Assembly: GCA_965222615.1 (NCBI GenBank)
Contig: CBDCUI010000009.1
Span: 352,001 to 416,000, forward strand
Length of the DNA: 64,000 nucleotides
Direction: 5' to 3'
Source of the DNA: Gammaproteobacteria bacterium
GTDB taxonomy: Bacteria > Pseudomonadota > Gammaproteobacteria > UBA4575
Shown one piece after another: positions 1-10,639 of the stretch; the first letter of the stretch is position 1, and each line of letters opens with the position of its first letter. Under the pieces are notes generated by a model that worked only from the letters and a program-made list of their open reading frames with translations, did not search any database and had not been told where the DNA came from. The position numbers and the translations under genes are program-made.

Positions 1-767
1 TGCGCTACACAGTAGCGCATATAGAGTTTATCGTCTGCTGGAATAGCATACCAAGGTGCCCAAGCCTTAGAAGTGGCATTCAATGCCTCTTCATAGGCAT
101 GCATATAGCTATCCCAACACTCACGTTCCTTAAGATCGGCCGAAGACCATTTCCAATGCTTTTCCTGCTCTTCAATCCTACTCAAAAAACGCTTTTTTTG
201 TTCCTCTTTAGAGACGTTTAACCAAAATTTCAAAATAACTGTACCATTTCTCGCGAGATGCTTTTCCGCATCGCAAATAGACTCAAAGCGCTCTTTCCAT
301 ATGGTGTTAAAGTCTATTGAGTCAGGCAAGTTTTGAAAGTTAAGAATTTCTGGGTGTACACGAACGACAAGTACTTCTTCATAGTAGCTGCGATTGAAAA
401 TTCCTATGCGACCTCTTTCGGGTAAACACTTAGTAGTGCGCCATAGAAAATCGTGGTCGAGCTCGGCATCAGATGGTTTTTTAAATGAATAGACTTGGCA
501 TCCCGCAGGATTGATACCAGTCATTACCGAACGAATAGTAGAATCCTTCCCCGCAGCGTCCATTGCTTGAAAAATCAATAGAATTGCATGTCGATCATAG
601 GCATATAGCATGCGCTGTAAATCACGCATATCACCAATGATATTTTTTATTTCTTTTTTATAATTTTTTGAATCGTTTTTATTCTCAGTTGGTGAAGTAA
701 CAGATGAACTGACTGAAAAGCTTCCGTCAAATGGCACTAAATAAGGTGAGTAAATAGCTTCAAACAT
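1..767 (-). CDS. ppk2: Polyphosphate kinase 2 family protein (3' end runs off the window)
   Basis: Manual translation from ATG at 767: [15 protein letters not shown]...[17 protein letters not shown]...[16 protein letters not shown], matching the PPK2 Walker A and DFLWR motifs; absent from the ORF track because truncated. Confidence 0.9.
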   Translation of the reverse strand, partial: MFEAIYSPYLVPFDGSFSVSSSVTSPTENKNDSKNYKKEIKNIIGDMRDLQRMLYAYDRHAILLIFQAMDAAGKDSTIRSVMTGINPAGCQVYSFKKPSDAELDHDFLWRTTKCLPERGRIGIFNRSYYEEVLVVRVHPEILNFQNLPDSIDFNTIWKERFESICDAEKHLARNGTVILKFWLNVSKEEQKKRFLSRIEEQEKHWKWSSADLKERECWDSYMHAYEEALNATSKAWAPWYAIPADDKLYMRYCVA

Positions 768-786
768 CTAGTTTTATTATTAAAAC

Positions 787-818
787 AAAAAAGCCCCTTA
801 ATAAACTAAGGGGCTTTT
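787..818. terminator. Intrinsic terminator-like hairpin
   Basis: AAAAGCCCCTTA-ataaac-TAAGGGGCTTTT just downstream of the 844-2364 gene, with a U-tract on the minus strand. Confidence 0.8.
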
Positions 819-843
819 GGTACAAGGGTACTATAACGCTAGA

Positions 844-2364
844 TTAGATTTTAACGCCCAGTTTTTTCAAAGTCTGAATAGTAAGACCACCACGTGGTAA
901 ACCATTCGCCCTTTGGAAGGCATCAACGGCCACCAACGTTTGGTTACCAATCACGCCATCTATGGGACCAGGATCATGTCCAGCTTTCTTTAATGCACGT
1001 TGAATATCAGTGATCGTTGTACCACTCATATTGGTTTCGCACAAAACAGGACGCCACTGCATGTTCTCTTCTTTAACTTTAACTTTCTTGGAAACTACTT
1101 GAGTTTTTGCTGGAATTTCGATTTTTTTCTCAGTTGCAGGTGTAACTAATTTACGTTTTTTGACAATTTTATACTCTGCTGGAATTTCAACTATTTTTGT
1201 GTTTGCCGGTGTTTTTACTTTCTTTTGCTTGACGGTCTTATGTACAGCTGGAATTTCCTTTAAACAAAGTGTTGCACCAGTCGGTTTTCCATCGATTTTA
1301 CTTCCGCGCACTGCCCACATAACTTTTTCATCTGCAGTTTTCAGGCGTTTGGTAACGGTCTCATAGGAAGCAGGAATCTCAGTTTTCTTTTCCTGAGCAG
1401 GAGTGACAAGTTTACGAACTTTTTCAACTTTGTATTCTGCAGGAATTTCTACTTTTTTCGTAGTTGATGGAGATTTTAAAACTCTCTTACTAACCGTTTT
1501 ATAGACAGCAGGCACTTCGACTAAACACATGATCTCGCCAGTACTATTATCCAAGCGCTCAACGGGACCACGCCCTTTTTTCCATTCAGTTGTTGCAGGT
1601 TTAACTAATACTTTTTCAGTAACCGTCTCATAAACTGCTGGGATCTCAATTAGTTTCGATGAGGCTTCCTTAACAAGTACTCTCTCCTCTTTCCACTCAT
1701 ATTTGGCAGGTACCACTTCTATCTTTTGTGAAGCTTCAGCTGTAAGAACTTGCTGTGTCTCAGTCTTGTATTGAGCTGGTATATGATATTCAGCGTAGCA
1801 GTTACCAACTTTTGCATCTGCTAAGTTTAAGCCGTTTGCAACCGCACCAGCCAAAATGGATGGGTTCGCTCGTCCTGCATTTTTAGACGTGCCTTTAGTC
1901 CACATTTTTTCTGCTGGTGTAACTAAAACTTTTTCAGTAACCGTTGTATACGTGGCAGGTACAGGCACTAATTTTTTCGATGCCTCTTTTACTAATACTT
2001 TCTCTTCTGCCCATTCGTATTTAGCAGGAATAATTTCAATCTTTGAAGAAGCTTCTTTCACAGTTACTGTTTGAGATTCTGTCTTGTATTCAGCTGGAAT
2101 AATCACTTTTGCATAGCATTCTCCAGCTTTCGCATTGGGCAAAGCAGATGCCGCATCACCTATCGTATTACCAACTGTGGTTGCAACGGATTTAGCCGCT
2201 GAAGCAGTCGCCTCACCTGCGTCCTTCATCATCTCCCCAGCCTCTTTGACCATCTCCTCGGCCTGCTCAGTAGCTTTCTTTTCATGCGAATCGGAGAATA
2301 CGGCTGAGACACCAAACAACAGTGAAAAAGCCACTGCTGCATTTAAAATTCTCTTAGTTTTCAT
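844..2364 (-). CDS. Secreted repeat protein with C-terminal peptidoglycan-binding (PG_binding_1) domain
   Basis: Signal peptide; many ~23-aa PAxY(K/E)T..V.V..A repeats; C-terminal IQRALKKAGHDPGPIDGVIGNQTLVAVDAFQRANGL. Confidence 0.8.
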   Translation of the reverse strand: MKTKRILNAAVAFSLLFGVSAVFSDSHEKKATEQAEEMVKEAGEMMKDAGEATASAAKSVATTVGNTIGDAASALPNAKAGECYAKVIIPAEYKTESQTVTVKEASSKIEIIPAKYEWAEEKVLVKEASKKLVPVPATYTTVTEKVLVTPAEKMWTKGTSKNAGRANPSILAGAVANGLNLADAKVGNCYAEYHIPAQYKTETQQVLTAEASQKIEVVPAKYEWKEERVLVKEASSKLIEIPAVYETVTEKVLVKPATTEWKKGRGPVERLDNSTGEIMCLVEVPAVYKTVSKRVLKSPSTTKKVEIPAEYKVEKVRKLVTPAQEKKTEIPASYETVTKRLKTADEKVMWAVRGSKIDGKPTGATLCLKEIPAVHKTVKQKKVKTPANTKIVEIPAEYKIVKKRKLVTPATEKKIEIPAKTQVVSKKVKVKEENMQWRPVLCETNMSGTTITDIQRALKKAGHDPGPIDGVIGNQTLVAVDAFQRANGLPRGGLTIQTLKKLGVKI

Positions 2365-2406
2365 CTAGTTCTCCACTAAAGTTAATTATAAATATCACGA
2401 CAATAC

Positions 2407-2457
2407 TCGTAATGTAATTCAATTATGATTACGAATTTAAGATTCGTATTACGAATT
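2407..2457. promoter_or_regulatory. Candidate operator (TCGTAAT/ATTACGA repeats)
   Basis: TCGTAAT..ATTACGA inverted pair, ATTCGTA-T-TACGAAT palindrome, and ATTACGAATT direct repeats 20 bp apart, upstream of the 2364 start. Confidence 0.4.
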
Positions 2458-2567
2458 AAGATTGAGTAACTATTTTTATTCAAAAACAATTATACGCGAA
2501 CCACTTTTGAACAAAAAGCTTATCTCATAAAAGGTATACAGAACGTTATTACGATTAGTTACTACTA

Positions 2568-3404
2568 TCACCGACAGTGTTTCTCTCTAATCGCCAATGC
2601 ATCAGGCATCCATTCGTTGAGTTGCTGAATACGTGTTGCATGACTTGGGTGAGTCGACATGAATTCCTGTGGTTGACCTTTACTATTTTCAGCCATTCGT
2701 TCCCATATCCTAGGTGCTTCTCGAGGGTCATAGCATGCACGTGCTAAATAGACCAGTCCCATATAATCTGCTTCAGATTCATGCTTACGAGAAAATGGCA
2801 GTAGTACGCCATATTGTGCACCCATGCCTAGTGCACCCATTATCATCCTTTGTGTTCCTACATCCATGGAACCCAAGGCCATACTCGCAGCCATGCTGCC
2901 ATACTGCACCAGCTTTTGATGCGCCATTCTTTCTGCACCGTGTCGAGCAACAGCATGGGCAATCTCATGCCCCATTACCGCACTGAGACCATCTACATTT
3001 TGTACAATGGGTAAAATTCCCGTATAGACGGCAACCTTTCCACCAGGCAATGCAAAGGCATTGGCTTGGTCGGATTCAATTACATTAAATTCCCAATCAA
3101 ACCCAGGATCATCTTCAATCACTTTTGCTAAGCGATAGCCAATTTCTCGTACCAGATCTACTGCCTGCCCAGAACGCAAAACTTTAGACTCGGACAATAC
3201 TTGTTGATAAGTTTGTAAGCCAAGCGCCGCTTCTTGCTCACGGGTAATATCGACAAGTTGTGAGCGACCGGTTAAGGGGACCTCTTCTTGATTACTAAAA
3301 TAGTAGTACGCTAAGTAAAGACCAAATAGAACTATAGGTAATAACCTTAACGCGCCACCACGACGCTGACCTTTACGCCCATATCGATACGCTCTTCTTC
3401 TCAT
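2568..3404 (-). CDS. M48 family metallopeptidase
   Basis: ANAFALPGG, HEIAH zinc motif, FSRKHESEAD, STHP. Confidence 0.92.
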   Translation of the reverse strand: MRRRAYRYGRKGQRRGGALRLLPIVLFGLYLAYYYFSNQEEVPLTGRSQLVDITREQEAALGLQTYQQVLSESKVLRSGQAVDLVREIGYRLAKVIEDDPGFDWEFNVIESDQANAFALPGGKVAVYTGILPIVQNVDGLSAVMGHEIAHAVARHGAERMAHQKLVQYGSMAASMALGSMDVGTQRMIMGALGMGAQYGVLLPFSRKHESEADYMGLVYLARACYDPREAPRIWERMAENSKGQPQEFMSTHPSHATRIQQLNEWMPDALAIREKHCR

Positions 3405-3428
3405 ATTGATTTATCAAGTACAGAAAAG

Positions 3429-3986
3429 TTATTTTATTAAGGCCTTAGCACCTATTCTTAGTACGTCGTCAATGATTGATCCATCACCACCTACATCTAA
3501 AACTCCACTAAGCATGTCTAAGAAAGCATTATTAGACGTTTGGTTTGCACGTGCCCCTAACATGCCTTCAGTAGAAGCGCGCTTATTTAAGGCACCCATT
3601 ACAACGGCTGCAATAATTGGCAACATCTTTTTGATTAAGGCAGGATCGATGCCCGTTTTTGCAGAAGCATGCTTGGCAAGACTGCGGCTTGCATCTTTGT
3701 TACCCAGTATATGACCAAGAATTCCATTACCATCCATACGAGTATCTTGAGAATCTAAGATATTGGGTTCGTCATAATAGCGATCATGATTGCCACTATT
3801 TAAAGCGCGCAAAAGACTTTCTAAACCATTATTTGTACTTGCCCCATTACGTAGACCTCCAGCAATTACTGGTAATACTTGGCCTAATAATTCTTGTAAT
3901 TGATTAGATTGTAATCCTGACATGGATGAAAGCGCGTCTAAAGGACCACCTTTTGGTGACTGAAGTAAAATATCTAGTATGTTCAT
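3429..3986 (-). CDS. DUF937 family protein
   Basis: DGNGILGHILG and KMLPIIAAVVMG motifs typical of DUF937. Confidence 0.75.
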   Translation of the reverse strand: MNILDILLQSPKGGPLDALSSMSGLQSNQLQELLGQVLPVIAGGLRNGASTNNGLESLLRALNSGNHDRYYDEPNILDSQDTRMDGNGILGHILGNKDASRSLAKHASAKTGIDPALIKKMLPIIAAVVMGALNKRASTEGMLGARANQTSNNAFLDMLSGVLDVGGDGSIIDDVLRIGAKALIK

Positions 3987-4062
3987 ATCATTATTAATAG
4001 TTGTAATTTAACAATTACAATTATGTAAAGTTTGTTATTGGAATATTTAGTATTACATAAAC

Positions 4063-5250
4063 TCACGAATGTTTTGAATAAAAAGTTTCAGCATGTTTTG
4101 CAATCATTAATGCCTCATTGGTAGGAATTACCAATATTTCCACATCGCTTTTCTGGGTATTAATACGTAGATGGTTGTTATCATTTGCTTCAGCATCGAT
4201 ATGAATTCCAGCCCAATACGCTAATTTACATATTTTTTTACGAATAATGGGTGAATTTTCACCAATTCCTGCAGTAAATACGAATAAATCTATACCTCCC
4301 AACTCTGCAACCAACATACCTAAATGACGATTTACTTGATAGCAAAACATTTCCACAGCTCGTTTGCTGTTTTTTGTGTTTGAATTTAATAATTTTTTCA
4401 TATTATTGCTTTCGCCGGATATGCCTAATAACCCTGACTGCTTATAAAGTAAATTTGAAACTTCTTCGACGCTTAATGAAAGCTCATCAAGTAAATACAA
4501 CACAATACCAGGATCTAAATCTCCACATCGAGTACCCATAAGCAGCCCATCTAAAGGCGTAAAACTCATGGTTGTAGCAATGGACTTTGCATTTTGAATG
4601 GCACACATACTTGCACCATTCCCCAAGTGTGCAACTACAATTTTTTTATTATCTATTTCATCTTCTTGTTGCAAATATTGCACAATGTATTCATAAGACA
4701 AGCCATGAAATCCATAGCGCCTTACACCTTTTTCAAAGTAATCATCTGATAAGCCAAAGCGTACGGCATGATCAGGTTGTGTTTGATGAAAGGCCGTGTC
4801 GAAACAAGCAATCTGGGGCAGATGTTGGTATATGTTTTGTATTACATGAATTGGAGCTAAGTTGTGCTGCTGGTGTAAAGGTGCCAGTGGCTGATAGCTT
4901 TCTAAATCTGCATATACTTGCTCATCGATTAAAACTGGACCTGAATATTTTGACCCACCATGAACAATCCGATGTCCTACTGCCGCTAAATTTATAGAAG
5001 ATTGTTGACTCAACCATCCTAAGAAAAACTCTATTGCAACAGTATGGTTTGGTGATTGAATTGAGACTTCTGCAAGCGATTTTTTGAGAATGTTTCGTTT
5101 GCTCTGATCATAAATTTCAAGTTGTGCATCTTGATGAAAAAGTCGAACAGCGCGTGCAGAAAATACAGCTTGTAAAGAACTGTTATACGAAGCAAAAACT
5201 GAAAACTTGACACTGGAAGAACCAGCATTGATGACGAGAATATTATTCAA
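4063..5250 (-). CDS. ackA: Acetate/propionate kinase
   Basis: INAGSSSVK, GHRIVHGG, FDTAFH, RRYGFHGLS, HLGNGAS, FTAGIGEN. Confidence 0.95.
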   Translation of the reverse strand: MNNILVINAGSSSVKFSVFASYNSSLQAVFSARAVRLFHQDAQLEIYDQSKRNILKKSLAEVSIQSPNHTVAIEFFLGWLSQQSSINLAAVGHRIVHGGSKYSGPVLIDEQVYADLESYQPLAPLHQQHNLAPIHVIQNIYQHLPQIACFDTAFHQTQPDHAVRFGLSDDYFEKGVRRYGFHGLSYEYIVQYLQQEDEIDNKKIVVAHLGNGASMCAIQNAKSIATTMSFTPLDGLLMGTRCGDLDPGIVLYLLDELSLSVEEVSNLLYKQSGLLGISGESNNMKKLLNSNTKNSKRAVEMFCYQVNRHLGMLVAELGGIDLFVFTAGIGENSPIIRKKICKLAYWAGIHIDAEANDNNHLRINTQKSDVEILVIPTNEALMIAKHAETFYSKHS

Positions 5251-5302
5251 AGCTTGAAGATGAATATTGTTATTTATTTAGACGTAGTTGTATAAACATC
5301 AA

Positions 5303-6226
5303 TTAAGCTTGGTGATTGTGAATCATCACGGCCAAGGCACAAGCCGCCAAACGACTGGTCGCATCATCGGCACGACTTGGGAGCACTATTGGCACTTTAG
5401 CGCCAAGCACAATTCCTGCACCCTCAGCTTGTGCAAGATACTCTAGTTGTTTGGCAAGCATATTACCCGCCTCGATATCCGGAACTATAAGCACTTCGGC
5501 TTTACCCGCAACATCCGATACAATGCCTTTGGTTTTTACGGCTTGTGGTGAAATCGCATTATCGAATGCAAGCGGGCCATCAATGAGTGCGCCTTTAATC
5601 TGCCCACGATCTGCCATTTTACACAGTGCAGCCGCATGTAAGGTGGATTCAATTTTCGAGGTCACCGTTTCGACTGCCGATAACACTGCAACCTTGGGTT
5701 CTTTAATGGCCAAAATATGTGCCAAATCAATTGCATTGCGTATGATGTCGGCTTTCATTTCTAGATCAGGCTCAATATTAATGGCCGCATCAGTAATAAA
5801 TAGCGGTCGAGGGTATGTAGGTACATCGAAGGCAAACACATGACTCATGCGGCGCTCAGTCCTTAGTCCCCCTTCACGGCTCACTACGGCACTCATTAAC
5901 TCATCGGTATGAATTTTACCTTTCATGATTGCAGCTGCTTGTCCATCTCGTGCCATTTCTACTGCAAGTTTAGCTGCAGCATGACTATGTTCGGCTTGAA
6001 TAATTTGATAGCGGCTAATATCAAGCTGCGCATCATCGGCTGCTTGTCTAATACGCCGTTTGGGTCCAACCAATATAGGTTCGATTAAATTTTCTTCCGC
6101 GGCTTCAATAACGCCCAAAAGCGAGCTTTTACCCACCGGATGTACTACGGCAATTTTTAGCGGTGACTCATTTGTAACAGCTTTTAACAATCGCTCCAAA
6201 TGCGGACGTTGAATTTTAGAGTCCAT
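5303..6226 (-). CDS. pta: Phosphate acetyl/butyryltransferase
   Basis: IMKG, DGPLAFDNA, PDIEAGN, PIVLPSRAD; adjacent to ackA. Confidence 0.9.
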   Translation of the reverse strand: MDSKIQRPHLERLLKAVTNESPLKIAVVHPVGKSSLLGVIEAAEENLIEPILVGPKRRIRQAADDAQLDISRYQIIQAEHSHAAAKLAVEMARDGQAAAIMKGKIHTDELMSAVVSREGGLRTERRMSHVFAFDVPTYPRPLFITDAAINIEPDLEMKADIIRNAIDLAHILAIKEPKVAVLSAVETVTSKIESTLHAAALCKMADRGQIKGALIDGPLAFDNAISPQAVKTKGIVSDVAGKAEVLIVPDIEAGNMLAKQLEYLAQAEGAGIVLGAKVPIVLPSRADDATSRLAACALAVMIHNHQA

Positions 6227-6368
6227 AGAAAATAGCCTGAATAAATAAAATATGAAACCAGTTTTAAATAAACGAGTCCAACAATATTATCTAATTACAA
6301 TTTTATGATAACTAGGGTAAGCTAGATTTGATCAAATTTGAATATTAATAATACTAAGGAGGACCGGA

Positions 6369-6572
6369 ATGAGTGTCGCCAAGATCACAGAAATCAGTGC
6401 TTCATCTTCAAAAAGCTATGAAGATGCAATCAGCACTGGTATTGCGCGTGCAAATAAAACCCTTACAGGTATTAAAAGCGCCTGGGTAAAAGATCATCAA
6501 GTATCTGTGGACAATGGAAAAATCACTGACCATCGCGTAATGCTTAAGATTACGTTTGTCATTGACGACTAA
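6369..6572 (+). CDS. Dodecin family flavin-binding protein
   Basis: MSVAKITEISASSSKSYEDAI...RVMLKITF; strong RBS AAGGAGG. Confidence 0.9.
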   Translation: MSVAKITEISASSSKSYEDAISTGIARANKTLTGIKSAWVKDHQVSVDNGKITDHRVMLKITFVIDD

Positions 6573-6621
6573 ATCATAGACAGGACATGGAAGTCCTCCA
6601 TTTAATTTTAAACAATTACTT

Positions 6622-6864
6622 ATGAAGAATTTTATTGTAGCAATAATAGGCATTATCTCCGCTATGTATCTACTTAATGTTGGTTATGGTTTTGTGGAAC
6701 TAATCCCTGATAATTTTCCCGTTATCGGCAACTTGGACGAAGCCACTGCAACAGCACTACTACTAAGCTGTTTGAGTTATTTTGGGATTGACTTATTTAA
6801 TATCTTTAAAAAGGATTCAAAAGAAAACCAAACAGAAGCCAACCATGAAATACCAAAAAAATAA
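6622..6864 (+). CDS. DUF1232/YkvA-like small membrane protein
   Basis: ELIPDNFPVIGNLDEA motif. Confidence 0.8.
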   Translation: MKNFIVAIIGIISAMYLLNVGYGFVELIPDNFPVIGNLDEATATALLLSCLSYFGIDLFNIFKKDSKENQTEANHEIPKK

Positions 6865-6913
6865 TTTATAAAACAGGTATGCCAACCAGCTTAGGCAATA
6901 TAACTATCTAAAC

Positions 6914-7357
6914 TCAATCATTTCTACGAATTTCTTTTAGTCGTTGATCCATCCAATGTATCAAACATTCTATGCGCTGGTTTTTACCTACTTTTTCTTG
7001 TAGATCTTCTAAGTTATTTTTCAAGTACAAGATGATTTCCTCGAATTTATGTGACCGCTCACGATAATAGTCTACGCTTGCTTTTAATTTACGTATTTCA
7101 AGCGACATTTCTTCTAAAGTCATTTCGCCATGTTGTTTAGCCGCACCCGTTGCAAAAGACTGCTCTTTAATTTTAGTGACTAAAGAAAGCATATCTACTT
7201 CATCAATACATACCATTGGATAACATTCAATCAGATCATCAATATGAATTTGTCCGCGAGTGGCAGCGAGTTCTTTATTATTGATTTTAAATCGGATCTC
7301 TTTTACAGATACATTGGCAAGCGATGCAGCTTTGATTATGGAGACGAAACGTGGCAC
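6914..7357 (-). CDS. Hypothetical protein with C-terminal coiled coil
   Basis: 147-aa ORF co-oriented with cfa; no family recognised. Confidence 0.6.
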   Translation of the reverse strand: MPRFVSIIKAASLANVSVKEIRFKINNKELAATRGQIHIDDLIECYPMVCIDEVDMLSLVTKIKEQSFATGAAKQHGEMTLEEMSLEIRKLKASVDYYRERSHKFEEIILYLKNNLEDLQEKVGKNQRIECLIHWMDQRLKEIRRND

Positions 7358-7384
7358 TGAATTTATTGAACCACTAATGTGAAT

Positions 7385-8497
7385 TTAAGTAACAGGAGTA
7401 TAGCCACCAGCAATTCCATTCTTGGTTAGTACTAGCTGCCAAAGTTGAATATTACGAGCCCGGAATGCACCTGCACAGCCAAGTAAATAATATTTCCACA
7501 TTCGATAAAAACGATCACCATATTTCTCACACAGCTGCTTCCAATTGGCATCAAAATTATGGAACCACGCCATAAGCGTTTTGTCATAGTCTTGGCCAAA
7601 ACTGTGGAAATCCTCTAAAACAAAGACACCCTCTATTGCTTCACTAATATCTTGCATAGAAGGTAAAACACCATTTGGGAAAATATATTTATTTATCCAA
7701 GGATCCGGTGTCGTTCGAGTCCAGTTGGCCCCAATAGTATGTAGAAGAAATATTCCTTCGTCCTTGAGACAACGCGCAACAACTTGCATGTAATTTTTAT
7801 AATTTTTTGGACCCACATGCTCGAACATCCCAAGTGATACAATGTGATCAAACTGTTCATTCAGTTGACGATAATCCTGCAATCTAATTTCGACAGGTAG
7901 ATCTGCACAATTATTTTGTGCGTACTCCGCTTGTTCTTTTGAAACCGTAACGCCGATCGCTCTTGCCTTATACTTTTCCGCTGCATATTTAACAAAGCTA
8001 CCCCATCCACAGCCGATATCTAATATTCTTTGATTCGGTTTAAGGCCAATTTTACGACACACTAACTCCAGCTTGTTTTCTTGCGCTTGGTCTAGGTCTT
8101 TGGCATTTTTCCAATAGCCACAAGTGTATGTTTTACGTTTATCTAACATATAACTAAATAAATCATTACCAATATCATAGTGAGATTGAGCTACTTGAAA
8201 TGCCCTACGCAGACTCTGCAGATTGAACAACTTGGACTGTAGTATTAGCCAAACCATGTTATAGGGATTGATTTTGTGTTCTAGCTTGGCCGCTAAAATT
8301 TTACAAAAAAATTGATCAAGAACCTCGACATCCCACCATTTATCCATATAAGACTCACCCAAGCCTAGAGAACCTTCCGCAAATACACGCTTATAAAAAC
8401 GCTCATCATGGACTTTGATATCCCAGTCGCGCTGACCGTCAATTTCCACATCGGCTTCGGCTAACAGCTTACGTGCTTTGGAATAGAATTTATTCAC
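7385..8497 (-). CDS. cfa: Cyclopropane fatty acyl phospholipid synthase
   Basis: GSLGLGESYMD, HYDIGNDLF, LDIGCGWG, GMFEHVG, FYRMWKYYL. Confidence 0.96.
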   Translation of the reverse strand: MNKFYSKARKLLAEADVEIDGQRDWDIKVHDERFYKRVFAEGSLGLGESYMDKWWDVEVLDQFFCKILAAKLEHKINPYNMVWLILQSKLFNLQSLRRAFQVAQSHYDIGNDLFSYMLDKRKTYTCGYWKNAKDLDQAQENKLELVCRKIGLKPNQRILDIGCGWGSFVKYAAEKYKARAIGVTVSKEQAEYAQNNCADLPVEIRLQDYRQLNEQFDHIVSLGMFEHVGPKNYKNYMQVVARCLKDEGIFLLHTIGANWTRTTPDPWINKYIFPNGVLPSMQDISEAIEGVFVLEDFHSFGQDYDKTLMAWFHNFDANWKQLCEKYGDRFYRMWKYYLLGCAGAFRARNIQLWQLVLTKNGIAGGYTPVT

Positions 8498-8779
8498 AGC
8501 TTATTTCACTTAATTTTGTGAGGATAATCAGTTAATTATTAATTGTTTTGAAACTAAAATCACATACAATTATAGGCTCAATAAGAAAAACAACTCATAC
8601 CGGTATTATAATTGGCAATGCTGCTTTCTATTAACTTATTCTTTGCTTTTTTGGTACTTTTACTAGGCATGTTGATGCTTATCACGAGATAAGCATCCGC
8701 ACTCATTGATCGTGCTGTAGTGAAAACGTGGCAATCCAAGCGGCGGAACAGCAGCTGGATGAAAATTTAAATATATTTG

Positions 8780-9304
8780 TTATTGGCAATAGAAATGAAT
8801 TAGATCTTTGCTGCTTGGATCTATCGGTGACCCCAAGCTTATTATGCCCTCGCCATATAAATAGACCTTTTGACCTTGCATACGAATTTTACCTAGCTCT
8901 TCTGTTTCTATAAAAACTCCATTCAAGCTAGTATCTTGGAGCACAAACTCGCCTTCTCGATAGGTAATATATGCATGTTTTTTCGAGACAAACTTATTAT
9001 CGATTCTCGCGTTTGCGTGCAAAGAACGCCCCAATACGAACTTATCTAAGCTAGTATCAAAAAAATAGCGCTGATCAGCGATCTCAAGAGTTAATTCCGT
9101 AGTATTGCGTATTGGCTGACTTTCTTGCCATATGAGCTTTAGGTTGGTTTTGCGTCGATCAAGTGTATTACGGCGGTCTTGGCGAACGATATTAAAATCG
9201 CTATCCAATAATGGAAACGTTACTGTTTCAGCATTACTACGCCGATCATAATCACGGTGTACATATACCTTGGATTGGTCTTTAGCCGTATTTTTTGCAG
9301 GCAT
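8780..9304 (-). CDS. FHA domain protein
   Basis: LGRS...VSKKHA...DTSLNG FHA motifs. Confidence 0.85.
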   Translation of the reverse strand: MPAKNTAKDQSKVYVHRDYDRRSNAETVTFPLLDSDFNIVRQDRRNTLDRRKTNLKLIWQESQPIRNTTELTLEIADQRYFFDTSLDKFVLGRSLHANARIDNKFVSKKHAYITYREGEFVLQDTSLNGVFIETEELGKIRMQGQKVYLYGEGIISLGSPIDPSSKDLIHFYCQ

Positions 9305-9440
9305 GGGTCGAAAAAAGAGGTTTCTGTCAATCCACTAAGTATAGTCAGGATGGTGCCACTAAAAAGTGAACCTGATCAAATTGTAAGTGAGTAGAAAAAC
9401 TTAAAATAAATATTTTAGTTATTTATTTCAATGAGTTAAA

Positions 9441-9767
9441 TTATTTTTCTAATCTATTTTTTGAGCGAGTAGAAGCATATTTATGAGTAAAACCGAAACC
9501 AATCCCATCACTAGATAAATGCACCACCACGGCCCAAACACGAATTAACTTAATGGTTTTCTCTTCGGCAACCGAAAACACTAACTGTACCCTACGGCCT
9601 ACATATGCATGCTCGGGTATTTGATCGAGAAATGCTCCTCGCGTACTCAAGTTAATCGGTCGACATCGTGTAATGCCCAATTGAGGACAATACAGACGTA
9701 AATTTGCGGGTGAATGTAACCGGCGAGTAATACGTCGCTCTTGCTGGTCAATTGCACTACGACTCAT
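9441..9767 (-). CDS. PilZ domain protein (c-di-GMP receptor-like)
   Basis: ERRITRR (RxxxR) and NLSTRG (N/DxSxxG) motifs. Confidence 0.8.
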   Translation of the reverse strand: MSRSAIDQQERRITRRLHSPANLRLYCPQLGITRCRPINLSTRGAFLDQIPEHAYVGRRVQLVFSVAEEKTIKLIRVWAVVVHLSSDGIGFGFTHKYASTRSKNRLEK

Positions 9768-10246
9768 TTGTGTATATCTCTAAGTTAACTTTAATCTTAA
9801 TAATTCGCTAGTCAGCATAAATATGCTATGTGACCACAATGGAAACTATTTAGTTCTCAATAAATGCAATGTATACAATATATTACGGTGATATTTTAGC
9901 GTAAGCAAAGACATGTTTACACTATAAATACCGTAGGGTTACTGAGCTGGTGCCAACTTTGTTTCAAGTGGTATCTACCTATTCTCTAAATTTAAAATAT
10001 TTTACGTAATAACATTATTATTCACTGAGTTAGTTGAGCTTCGCCAATGGCTACACTAGAAAATACCCTTTACTCATAATTCACTTGGTAAATGTAGCGT
10101 TTTTTCTTACAATAATCGCCGTATCGCCATAACACCAGATCATTATGCATTTGGAATTATCGCCTGGGGAGATGGTGATTAGTTGTGGTTTACGTTAATT
10201 AACGAATCGTACGATTATCAATTTAAACAACTTCGGAGTTAAAAAT

Positions 10247-10543
10247 ATGTTAACCAAGAAACTTCTTTTCCCTGCAGTATTCGCATTTGCGGCTACCTTA
10301 TCAACAGGGTGTCAGACAACGGCTACGGAAGCTGAAGCGATGGAAGAAGCCGATCCTTTGGCAGAAGTACGTTCAGTTGCTGAAGAAGCACTTCGTACCG
10401 CTAATACTGCAGCCCATGATGCTGCAACAGCTAAAGATATGGCGTTGGCTGCACAAGAAGCTGCAAATGCTGCTCAGGCTTGTTGTGATGCAAATTCGCG
10501 CCGTATGAGCCGTATGTTTAGTGGTTCGATGAGTTCTAAATAA
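10247..10543 (+). CDS. Lpp/OprI-like alanine-zipper lipoprotein
   Basis: Lipobox STGC, Ala-rich coiled coil, ANSRRMSRMF, C-terminal Lys; convergent with an L,D-transpeptidase. Confidence 0.8.
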   Translation: MLTKKLLFPAVFAFAATLSTGCQTTATEAEAMEEADPLAEVRSVAEEALRTANTAAHDAATAKDMALAAQEAANAAQACCDANSRRMSRMFSGSMSSK

Positions 10544-10572
10544 ATTATATCTTTGCTTTTATTTAGCAAATT

Positions 10573-10598
10573 AAAGGGCCCATTCGGGCCCTTTTTTT
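10573..10598 (+). terminator. Intrinsic terminator
   Basis: AAAGGGCCC-attc-GGGCCCTTTTTTT between convergent genes. Confidence 0.85.
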
Positions 10599-10639
10599 AT
10601 TCAGCAGTTGCAATGAAATTTCACTAGCTAACAGCTAGG

